From NCBI RefSeq assembly GCF_000018465.1, contig NC_010085.1, positions 150,001 through 182,000 on the forward strand: a stretch of 32,000 bases of DNA, read 5' to 3'. Below are positions 8,947 to 16,328 of this stretch, in pieces (the first letter of the stretch is position 1; every line of letters begins with the position of its first letter). The notes below the pieces were generated by a model that saw nothing but the letters and a program-made list of their open reading frames with translations, was not told the origin of the DNA and did no database searches. The translations under genes and the position numbers were made by a program. Source of the DNA: Nitrosopumilus maritimus SCM1. GTDB lineage: Archaea; Thermoproteota; Nitrososphaeria; Nitrososphaerales; Nitrosopumilaceae.

Positions 8947-9906
8947 ATGAATAAATCAAAAATTATTTTAATTGGGACCTCCTCCATAATGGAATTTCAT
9001 ATTCAAGCTTTGAGAAAATCTGGTTTGAATCCTATTGCGATTGCTTCATCAAATCCAAACTCATTAACATATGAAAAATTTGCTAAAAAAAATAAAATCT
9101 CAAAAACATTTCAAAATTGGAAGGATATGGTGAAAAATGAAAACTATGATGGGATATTAATTGCAACTAAAATTGAATGTACTTTTGAAATTTTGAATTT
9201 CTGTTTAAAAAAAAATGTTCCTATTTTAGTTGAAAAACCAGTTGGTTTTAATTCTATAAAATTGAAAAAAATTATTCAAAAATCACATGGAATGGTGATG
9301 GTTGGTTATAATCGAAGATTTTACAAACCTATTAATTATTTGAAAAACCTTTTATTAAAAAATTGTAATCCAGTTATAGCAAATATGGTAGTTCCAGAAA
9401 TTCCTGGAGAAAAAAATTTTTATTCAAATTCTACCCATAGTATAGATATCCTTAGATATATCTTTGGTGAAATAAAATTAGAATTTGTAAAAAAATTAAT
9501 AAAAAATAATAAAATCTTGGGTTTTGTTGCTACTTTTTCAAATCAAAATCAAGACTTGATAAATTTTATTGGAAATTGGAATTCTTCTGACAACTTTTCA
9601 TTATCTCTTTACCAAAATACTAAAAAATTTGAATTAAAACCATTTGAACAACTTAACATATTTGATGGAATTAAAATCATAGAGCCGACTAAAACAAATC
9701 CTATAAGACAATATGTTCCAAAATTACAAAAAACTATCACCTTGGATAAAATGGATGTACTCTTAAAACCCGGATTTTATTTACAGGCAAAAGCTTTTGC
9801 TAAACTCATTAAAACTAGGCAAAAAAATGATTATTCAGCTACGTTATCTGATGCTATGAAAAACCTCGAATTATGTGAGAAATTAATTGGGAAACTTAGA
9901 ATCTAA
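8947..9906 (+). CDS. Gfo/Idh/MocA family oxidoreductase
   Basis: N-terminal ILIGTSSIMEFHIQALRKSG, family-typical PILVEKPV (EKP motif) and VGYNRRF. Starts 6 nt after the previous gene. Confidence 0.7.
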   Translation: MNKSKIILIGTSSIMEFHIQALRKSGLNPIAIASSNPNSLTYEKFAKKNKISKTFQNWKDMVKNENYDGILIATKIECTFEILNFCLKKNVPILVEKPVGFNSIKLKKIIQKSHGMVMVGYNRRFYKPINYLKNLLLKNCNPVIANMVVPEIPGEKNFYSNSTHSIDILRYIFGEIKLEFVKKLIKNNKILGFVATFSNQNQDLINFIGNWNSSDNFSLSLYQNTKKFELKPFEQLNIFDGIKIIEPTKTNPIRQYVPKLQKTITLDKMDVLLKPGFYLQAKAFAKLIKTRQKNDYSATLSDAMKNLELCEKLIGKLRI

Positions 9907-9977
9907 TCTTTAAAAAACTGTTAATTTGAGCTAATTTTTAAAAAGTTTTTATTGTTTTTCAAATTGCTTGTAACAAT

Positions 9978-10616
9978 ATGAGTACAGTTTCTCCACAAGC
10001 AATTGAAAATTCATTAAAACAATGTATGGATCCTGAAGTTCCACTAAATATTGTTGAGATGGGATTAATCTATGGAATTGATGTGGCAGAAAATAATGAT
10101 GTTAATATCAAAATGACAATGACTACTCAAGGCTGTCCTCTTCATGAAACTCTAGTTTCTGATGCAACAAGATTTGTCAAAAAAGTTCCTGGAGTAAATA
10201 ATGTCAATATTGAGATCGTATGGGACCCTCCCTGGTCAATGGATAAAATGTCTGAAGAGGCAAAAATTAAAATCAAAAACATGGGTGCTGGAATGAATAC
10301 TCCTGCACCAATAAATTATGAAACTGCATTACCTCAAGGTGTTGGAAAACTAGTTCAACAAGAGGATGGTTCTATGGTATTAGCAAACGAACATGATCAA
10401 GGATTTATGGTAAATCAAGCAATAGTTGATTTTTGGAAATCATGTAATGGCCAACGTAAGGTTACTGATTTGGTTGAAATTTTTGCTCAACAAACAGGAC
10501 TACAAAGAAACCAAGTTGAAAAAGAAGTCATGCAATTACTTCAACAATTACGTGATGGTGGACTAATTGCAATTGCTGGACAGCCAGATGCTCCAAATGT
10601 TGAATTTAAAAAATAA
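9978..10616 (+). CDS. fusion protein: N-terminal DUF59/MIP18 (SufT-like Fe-S assembly) domain + C-terminal PqqD-like (RRE-type winged-helix) domain
   Basis: N-half: CMDPEVPLNIVEMGLIYGIDV...MTTQGCPLHETL...VWDPPWS (DUF59 pattern). C-half: VQQEDGSMVLANEHDQGFMVNQAIVDFWKSCNGQRKVTDLVEIFAQQTGLQRNQVEKEVMQLLQQLRDGGLI (PqqD family pattern). Confidence 0.65.
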   Translation: MSTVSPQAIENSLKQCMDPEVPLNIVEMGLIYGIDVAENNDVNIKMTMTTQGCPLHETLVSDATRFVKKVPGVNNVNIEIVWDPPWSMDKMSEEAKIKIKNMGAGMNTPAPINYETALPQGVGKLVQQEDGSMVLANEHDQGFMVNQAIVDFWKSCNGQRKVTDLVEIFAQQTGLQRNQVEKEVMQLLQQLRDGGLIAIAGQPDAPNVEFKK

Positions 10617-10618
10617 TT

Positions 10619-11266
10619 TTAGAAAATATAGTTTGAATTTGCACCATCAAAGTTTATTGTAACACCTGACAAGTATTTTATTTTATTTTGAACAATTGAC
10701 TTTACAAAATTTCCAATTTCATCAGGCTCTCCAAGTCTCTTCATAGGTAGTGATTTCTGATATTCTTCTACATTTTCTATTAATTCTTGAGTCCTGTCTG
10801 TGTTAATTGGTCCTGGAGCAATGTTAATACAACTAATTTGATTTTTAGCATATTCTTTACTTAATACTTTGAATATTTCTGCAAATGCTGCACGATATGC
10901 TGATGAAATTATTAATTTTGAATTTGGTTCTTTAATGACACTTGAACTAATTAGAAAAATATATCCTCCATTATTGATTTTGATATTTTGTAAAATTGTT
11001 ACAAATCCTAGGAATAATTGGTTGTGATATAATTTCCAATCATCTTCTGTAATTGTTGCAAATGGTTTTGGTTCTGGACCGCCTGTATTTAGAACCAAAA
11101 TATCTGTTTGATTATGATTTTTTAAAAATTCTCTCACACTGTCCAAATTTGATGTGTCAATGTCATTTTTTGATGCTGCAAAAACATCAATTTCTAATGA
11201 TTTTAGTGATTCAGAGATTGCTTTTCCTATGCCTCTAGAACCCCCTAAAACAATTGCACTAGTCAT
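10619..11266 (-). CDS. short-chain dehydrogenase/reductase (SDR) family oxidoreductase
   Basis: VLGGSRGIGKAI cofactor motif, NTGGP, SSAYRAAFAE (YxxxK-like region) and APGPINTDR. Confidence 0.8.
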   Translation of the reverse strand: MTSAIVLGGSRGIGKAISESLKSLEIDVFAASKNDIDTSNLDSVREFLKNHNQTDILVLNTGGPEPKPFATITEDDWKLYHNQLFLGFVTILQNIKINNGGYIFLISSSVIKEPNSKLIISSAYRAAFAEIFKVLSKEYAKNQISCINIAPGPINTDRTQELIENVEEYQKSLPMKRLGEPDEIGNFVKSIVQNKIKYLSGVTINFDGANSNYIF

Positions 11267-11292
11267 AATATACTCAAAATATTCTTTGATAA

Positions 11293-11532
11293 TTAAATTT
11301 CTTTAATCTCAGTTATTGTTCCTTGAACAGAATCCATCTTAATTATGGCTTTTTTTTCATCCCATCCTAATGCAACATACCAATCACCTGCATCTTCATG
11401 ATATTTTGTTTCTAGAGTTTCAATGGTATCTGGAACTGCATTGTATTTTTTTGCAATGCCTGATACTGCAAGAGCTATTGCATCTTTTTCTTTTTCTAGT
11501 CTTCTTTTCATTAATCCTATTCCAGGACTCAT
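11293..11532 (-). CDS. small hypothetical protein (79 aa), possibly PepSY-like fold
   Basis: Isolated ORF with no overlap. The pattern KDAIALAVSGIAKKY...DWYVALGWDEKKAIIKMDSVQGTITEIKE resembles PepSY domains. This is a weak call from pattern only. Confidence 0.45.
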   Translation of the reverse strand: MSPGIGLMKRRLEKEKDAIALAVSGIAKKYNAVPDTIETLETKYHEDAGDWYVALGWDEKKAIIKMDSVQGTITEIKEI

Positions 11533-11650
11533 AAAATTGCTAGATTGTTTTATCTAATATAGTTAATTCTAAAAATTAGCCACAAAGTTAATTTTTCCAA
11601 CTTGATATTTTTACAAGATTTCAAATACTCCTTTTTTCAAGTGCGAATAA

Positions 11651-12244
11651 ATGAGATTAATTCAACGAATTTCAAACTCTACACTTGTAAAATCTGGAAA
11701 TCTTGTACATATCATATGTATTCTATCTGTAATTGGACCTGTCATTACAGTTTCAGCAGGATTTTGGGATGCAATATCTCATCTTCAAAAAGAACCTGAA
11801 TTCTTCTGGAGTCCATCTCACATGATTGTATACACTGGGGTATCAATGACTGCAGTAGCTGCAGTACTAGGTGGCATGTTACTAATTCGAAAATCAGTTC
11901 ATCGTTCTCTAAAAACTGGAATTAAACTAGTAATGATTGGCTCTGTTATTCAAATAATTTCAGGTTTTGGTGATTCGCTATCTCATGAAGTCTATGGAAT
12001 TGATGGATTGATCTCTTGGTCTCATCAACCTTTAGAATTAGGACTTGTTCTTGGCTCCCTAGGTGGTCTGCTAATTTTAAAAAATAGAGAACACACTAAA
12101 CTCAAACTGTTGTTACCTTTCTCAATTGTTACCTTTTTGTTCTTTACAATATGGCTAGGATTTAATCTTGTTCTAATCTTTGGACACACAATTCAATGTA
12201 TTCCAGTCTATGAGATATTCTCATCAGGCTGTGCTATTTTGTAA
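11651..12244 (+). CDS. polytopic membrane protein, unknown function (recurrent Ser-His at helix ends)
   Basis: At least 5 hydrophobic helices, with motifs AISHL, SPSHM, DSLSHEVYG and SWSHQP. ATG start. Confidence 0.55.
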   Translation: MRLIQRISNSTLVKSGNLVHIICILSVIGPVITVSAGFWDAISHLQKEPEFFWSPSHMIVYTGVSMTAVAAVLGGMLLIRKSVHRSLKTGIKLVMIGSVIQIISGFGDSLSHEVYGIDGLISWSHQPLELGLVLGSLGGLLILKNREHTKLKLLLPFSIVTFLFFTIWLGFNLVLIFGHTIQCIPVYEIFSSGCAIL

Positions 12245-12699
12245 TTTTTTATTTTCAAATATGACATTACTATCATAGAAATAGATCCAACTAGAACCAT
12301 TATTCCTGGTGGGATCATCTCTTTTGAATTTGTATTTCCAAATTCTACCTCTAAACTAACTTGATTTTTTGCCAAATTTGTGACTTTTACAGTATACTCT
12401 CCATTCCCAACAAAATCAAAATATCCTACTGACATTCTTGTTTGAATGACTTGCTCCTGAATGACATTGTCACTAATATCTAAAATTTGTACAAATACTT
12501 CTTCTCCTGTAAATTCTGGCATGTGGATTTTGTAAAATCCAATATCCGTACCTGTAACTTGTGACTTTATTTCAAAAGAACTTGTTTGTTTTAGGATTGT
12601 TTCATCATAATTCTTTTCAGTATTTGCAAAAATAATTGAAATCCAAACCATTCCAACAATTACCAAAACCAATCCAATCTTAAATGGCGATATTTTCAC
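12208..12699 (-). CDS. bitopic protein with N- and C-terminal TM helices and a beta-rich ectodomain, unknown function
   Basis: N-terminal FKIGLVLVIVGMVWISIIF and C-terminal GIMVLVGSISMIVMSYL helices. Its 3' end overlaps the convergent 11651..12244 gene by 37 nt. Confidence 0.55.
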   Translation of the reverse strand: MKISPFKIGLVLVIVGMVWISIIFANTEKNYDETILKQTSSFEIKSQVTGTDIGFYKIHMPEFTGEEVFVQILDISDNVIQEQVIQTRMSVGYFDFVGNGEYTVKVTNLAKNQVSLEVEFGNTNSKEMIPPGIMVLVGSISMIVMSYLKIKNYKIAQPDENIS

Positions 12700-12742
12700 T
12701 TCATTTTTGTGGCAAACTATTTGCTTAATAAGATAATCTAAA

Positions 12743-12816
12743 GGGCTCGGAGGGCTTCGATCCCTCGACCTGGCGGTTCGAAGCCGCCCGCACTATCCAG
12801 GCTGTGCAACGAGTCC
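12743..12816 (-). tRNA. tRNA-Arg (anticodon TCG)
   Basis: The minus strand reads GGACTCG TT GCAC AGCCTGGATA GTGC G GGCGG CTTCGAA CCGCC AGGTC GAGGG ATCGAAG CCCTC CGAGCCC. This gives a full cloverleaf with perfect D, anticodon and T stems. There is one A3-C70 mismatch in the acceptor stem. Confidence 0.85.
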
Positions 12817-12860
12817 AAACAAGTAAGAATTTAACGGGCCTAAATATCTGTCTAGATACT

Positions 12861-14036
12861 TTGAAGGTATCAAAAAAAGTAGCAGGTGTAGAGTATGCAA
12901 TTAGAGATATTGTTCTTGCAGCAAGAAAAGTGCAACAAAAAGGAATGCAAGTCGACTATCTCAATATTGGTGATCCTGTCCAATTTGGTTTTCAACCACC
13001 TGATAATGTCAAACAAGCTTTGATTGATGCAATTAACAATGGCGAAAATTACTATTCCACTTCTGAAGGACTTTTAGACTTGCGACAAGAGATTGCTAAA
13101 AAAGAAAATACCAAAGGATTGTCAATTTCTGCTGATGAGATTCTAGTTACAAATGGTGTCTCTGAAGGACTAGATATGGTGATTTCTTCAATTGTAGAAG
13201 AAGGAGATGAAGTACTTCTTCCAGGACCCTATTATCCTCCTTATGCTTCATATGTTAGACTGCATGGTGGGGTACCTGTAGAATTTGCAGTTGACTTGGA
13301 TAATTCTACTCCTGATATTGATGATATAAAATCCAAAATCACTTCAAAGACTGTTGCCATCTGTTTGATTAGTCCAAACAATCCTACTGGTGTTGTATTT
13401 AATGAAAAATCTCTCAGAGAACTAGTAGATATTGCAAATCAACATAATCTCTACATAATTTGTGATGAGATTTATGATCAGATTGTCTTTGATGAAAAAT
13501 TTGTTGGAATTGGTAAAGTTGCAGGAGATTCTCCCGTAATCGTTCTAAATGGTTTTTCTAAAGTCCACTTGATGTCTGGTTGGAGAATTGGCTATATTGC
13601 ATTTAACAATTCACCAAAACTTGATGCAATAAGAGAAAATCTTCCTAAATTAGCTAGGGTGCGTATTGCAACAAGCCTGCCTATTCAACATGCTGCCTTG
13701 GAATCACTACGAGGTCCTCAAGACTATATCTCTAATTTTGTATCTGAAATCAAAAAACGTAGAGACTTGGTTGTAAAACGACTCAATGAAATGCCAGGAT
13801 TATCTTGCCCAAATCCAAAAGGTTCTTTCTATGCATTTCCAAAAATTGAAGACAATAGATTTGGAACAGACAAAGAATTTGTTACAAAACTTTTGGAATC
13901 AAAAGGAGTGTTAACTGTACATGGCTCTGGATTTGGAGAACAATATGGAAGTGGTCATTTCAGACTAGTTTATCTTCCTAGTCTTGAAATTTTAGATTCT
14001 GCAATGAACAAGATTGAAGAGTTTGTTAGTCAGTAA
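12861..14036 (+). CDS. class I/II pyridoxal-phosphate aminotransferase (archaeal alanine/aspartate aminotransferase-like)
   Basis: VEYAIRDIV...DYLNIGDP N-terminal block typical of archaeal AlaAT-like enzymes, NPTGVV, and FSKVHLMSGWRIGY (PLP lysine motif SK). The track start (12804) lies inside tRNA-Arg, so I moved it to the in-frame TTG at 12861. The start remains uncertain. Confidence 0.8.
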   Translation: MKVSKKVAGVEYAIRDIVLAARKVQQKGMQVDYLNIGDPVQFGFQPPDNVKQALIDAINNGENYYSTSEGLLDLRQEIAKKENTKGLSISADEILVTNGVSEGLDMVISSIVEEGDEVLLPGPYYPPYASYVRLHGGVPVEFAVDLDNSTPDIDDIKSKITSKTVAICLISPNNPTGVVFNEKSLRELVDIANQHNLYIICDEIYDQIVFDEKFVGIGKVAGDSPVIVLNGFSKVHLMSGWRIGYIAFNNSPKLDAIRENLPKLARVRIATSLPIQHAALESLRGPQDYISNFVSEIKKRRDLVVKRLNEMPGLSCPNPKGSFYAFPKIEDNRFGTDKEFVTKLLESKGVLTVHGSGFGEQYGSGHFRLVYLPSLEILDSAMNKIEEFVSQ

Positions 14037-14431
14037 CTCCACACAGAAACCTTTTCAGGAATAATTTCTATAATACAATCAGTATCCTCTAGTAATTCTT
14101 TAGCTGATTTGTTTTCTATTGTCTTAAAATAACGTAAAAGAATTTTTTTTGCTATAGTTTTTACTTTCTTTTTTTCTGTGATTAGATTTGATTTTCCTTG
14201 TCCCATGACACCGTATATGTTAGGTGCATTAACTCCTGTATCAACACAAAAAGAAACTCTGTTGTTTTTCTTTAGATTCTTTGCTTTTTGAGTTCTGGTG
14301 TTTGTTCCTATGTGGAATTTTTTTCCACTATATCTGTACCACACAGGAACAATATGTGGAGTTTTGTTTTTTCCAATAGTTGCTAAACGCAAAATCTTTT
14401 GTGTTTTTAGAAATTCATCTTTTTTGTTCAT
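14030..14431 (-). CDS. pyridoxamine 5'-phosphate oxidase (PPOX)-fold flavin/deazaflavin-binding protein
   Basis: LRLATIGKNKTPHIVPVWYRY...RVSFCVD is the split-barrel PNPOx/FDOR family pattern. The ATG at 14431 overlaps the upstream small ORF by 17 nt. Confidence 0.7.
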   Translation of the reverse strand: MNKKDEFLKTQKILRLATIGKNKTPHIVPVWYRYSGKKFHIGTNTRTQKAKNLKKNNRVSFCVDTGVNAPNIYGVMGQGKSNLITEKKKVKTIAKKILLRYFKTIENKSAKELLEDTDCIIEIIPEKVSVWSY

Positions 14432-14648
14432 GTTTTCTAAATCCTAATGCTATCATAAAAATACCAAATGCCAACATTGCCATAGAGACTTTTTCATTAG
14501 TAATTTCCCCATTAAACAAAAAATCTCCAACAAATTCTGGTCCCCATATCAGTAATTGTCTGATTAAAACAATTCCTGCCATAACAGAAAATAAAACGCC
14601 TATGGCAGTATACCAATTTCTGCCTCGCCTATAATACTCGTGGCTCAT
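14415..14648 (-). CDS. small two-TM membrane protein (77 aa)
   Basis: Two hydrophobic helices (WYTAIGVLFSVMAGIVLI, VSMAMLAFGIFMIALGF). Sits between npdG and the PPOX-fold gene, with a 15-nt gap upstream and a 17-nt overlap downstream. Confidence 0.5.
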   Translation of the reverse strand: MSHEYYRRGRNWYTAIGVLFSVMAGIVLIRQLLIWGPEFVGDFLFNGEITNEKVSMAMLAFGIFMIALGFRKHEQKR

Positions 14649-14663
14649 GATAAAAGAACAGAC

Positions 14664-15335
14664 TTAGATAATTTTGATTCCGGGATTTTTTATTTTGTTT
14701 TGAATCATTGCATTGAGTAACAATGGAGTTGACATTTCTGCCAAGTATGATAGTTCTATTGGTCCCAAGTAAATTGATCTTAATCCCCTTATCTCATCAA
14801 TTAGTGTATTCACAACACCTACTGCTTCTTTGTCATCTCCACAAACAAAAATGTCATAATCTAACTCTAAAGTTGGATTGACAAGTTTTTTCTCAGAGAT
14901 TACATGAAATGCTGATACTAGTTTTGATTTATTCTTCATATGATTTGATACAAGTTTGTATGAGAATGGTTTGTTGTCTTTAATTGAAACACACTCAAAC
15001 CCAACATCTGTTTTAGTCATTGGAACAATTGGTGATACTACAACACAATTGTCATTTACTTCTGGCAATATTCCAGAACACACTGAATCAATGTTCTCAT
15101 ATGGAATTGATAAAATTAACACATCACTTTCTTTTGCAACTGAAACATTGTCGTTTCCAGAAATACTTCCTTTAATTTCTCCAAATGCTTCTTTTGCCAA
15201 GTTTGTATATTCTACAGCTGATTCTGATGCTCTTGTAGCATCTCTAGAGCCAACTATTACATCATGATTTTGAGACCATCTTAATGCAAAACCTTTGCCC
15301 ATTCCGCCTGTACCGCCAATAATTCCTACTTTCAT
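14664..15335 (-). CDS. npdG: NADPH-dependent F420 reductase (F420:NADP+ oxidoreductase, NpdG family)
   Basis: MKVGIIGGTGGMGKGFALRW...DVIVGSRD N-terminus and overall ~220 aa length match the NpdG/Fno family pattern. Confidence 0.75.
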   Translation of the reverse strand: MKVGIIGGTGGMGKGFALRWSQNHDVIVGSRDATRASESAVEYTNLAKEAFGEIKGSISGNDNVSVAKESDVLILSIPYENIDSVCSGILPEVNDNCVVVSPIVPMTKTDVGFECVSIKDNKPFSYKLVSNHMKNKSKLVSAFHVISEKKLVNPTLELDYDIFVCGDDKEAVGVVNTLIDEIRGLRSIYLGPIELSYLAEMSTPLLLNAMIQNKIKNPGIKII

Positions 15336-15386
15336 GAATTAACTACAGATAATGTTATTATTATCTCTATTTGAATTTCGATTAGA

Positions 15387-16010
15387 TTGGGCCAAATAAT
15401 TTTCCTAAGACACGGTCAGGCAAAAAATAACACTGATAGAATATTGGCAGGTAGAACTGAAGGTGTGCCTTTAACTGATGTTGGTGAACAACAAGCACAA
15501 CATACTGCTGAACTACTTGAACACATGAACATCTCTGCAATTTACTCTAGTCCTATCCAAAGAGCAAAACATACTGCAGAAATCGTTGGAAAACACAACT
15601 CTATTGATGTTACAATTGATGATCGATTAATTGAACTTGATATGGGAAAATTTACTGGCATGGCATATGATGAAATTTTTAATGATCATGGAAACGTCTT
15701 TATGAAATTCTATCAAGGTGATCTTGAAATTGCTCATAATGGAGTAGAAACTTTTGATGAAGTCAAAAAAAGAGTTTTAGGAATTGTAGACCATGTAATT
15801 GAAAATCATCCTAATCAAAATGTTGTATTGGTTACTCATATGGATCCTATCAAGGCAATGTTGTCTACAGTAGTGGATCTATCGCCTACTAACCTCTTTG
15901 AGTTAATCATAGCAAATGCGTCTCTGAATCTCTTCAGGGAGAACAATCGAAAGTTCTCGATTTCCGGACTTAACGTAATGCACCCAACACGTTTCGATCA
16001 AGGTTGGTAG
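15387..16010 (+). CDS. histidine phosphatase family protein (phosphoglycerate mutase-like)
   Basis: Catalytic FLRHGQAKNN (RHG motif), SSPIQRAKHTAE and VLVTHMDPIKA. TTG start at 15387. Confidence 0.8.
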   Translation: MGQIIFLRHGQAKNNTDRILAGRTEGVPLTDVGEQQAQHTAELLEHMNISAIYSSPIQRAKHTAEIVGKHNSIDVTIDDRLIELDMGKFTGMAYDEIFNDHGNVFMKFYQGDLEIAHNGVETFDEVKKRVLGIVDHVIENHPNQNVVLVTHMDPIKAMLSTVVDLSPTNLFELIIANASLNLFRENNRKFSISGLNVMHPTRFDQGW

Positions 16011-16029
16011 CTAATAATCTTGAAAACCC

Positions 16030-16036
16030 TTAAATA
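16030..16036 (+). promoter_or_regulatory. TATA box (TTAAATA, context AAAACCCTTAAATAG) for the oxidase operon
   Basis: Starts 36 nt upstream of ATG 16066. The context resembles AAAACCTTTAAATCC at 20309-20323. Confidence 0.4.
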
Positions 16037-16065
16037 GAAATCAAAGGTCACGACATTCATTCACT

Positions 16066-16326
16066 ATGAAGGGTATAGTCGGGTTATTCTTAGTATTGGC
16101 AGTTATGGTAATAGTTCCTGCAGTAGAATACGCATTTGCTGCAGGTGATGAACCTGGTGAATATCTTGATCGTAGAGTAGTAATTTGGAACTTATTCTTT
16201 AGAATGATGACTATTGCATTTGTTGTAGGTGCAGTTGTATCAGGTACTATGATTTGGCAAGTTTGGAGATTTAGAGAATCTCATCCAAAAGCAAAACCAA
16301 CACCATATGAGGGGACTGACTGGTAG
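16066..16326 (+). CDS. small membrane protein (86 aa): signal-like segment + one TM helix. Candidate detached N-terminal part or accessory subunit of oxidase subunit II
   Basis: MKGIVGLFLVLAVMVIVPAVEYAFA (signal-like, AFA-A) then IWNLFFRMMTIAFVVGAVVSGTMIW. The TAG stop is followed by only 2 nt (AA) before the subunit II ATG. Confidence 0.6.
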   Translation: MKGIVGLFLVLAVMVIVPAVEYAFAAGDEPGEYLDRRVVIWNLFFRMMTIAFVVGAVVSGTMIWQVWRFRESHPKAKPTPYEGTDW

Positions 16327-16328
16327 AA

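Noticed and set aside
11602-11799. 65-aa ORF overlapping the start of the 197-aa membrane protein in another frame
   Set aside because: It is shorter, Cys/Tyr-rich and without hydrophobic periodicity. The 11651..12244 frame gives a coherent polytopic membrane protein.
12804-12860. N-terminal 19 codons of the track ORF 12804..14036
   Set aside because: The GTG at 12804 lies inside tRNA-Arg on the opposite strand, and the segment has no aminotransferase-like sequence. The start was moved to TTG 12861, which remains uncertain.
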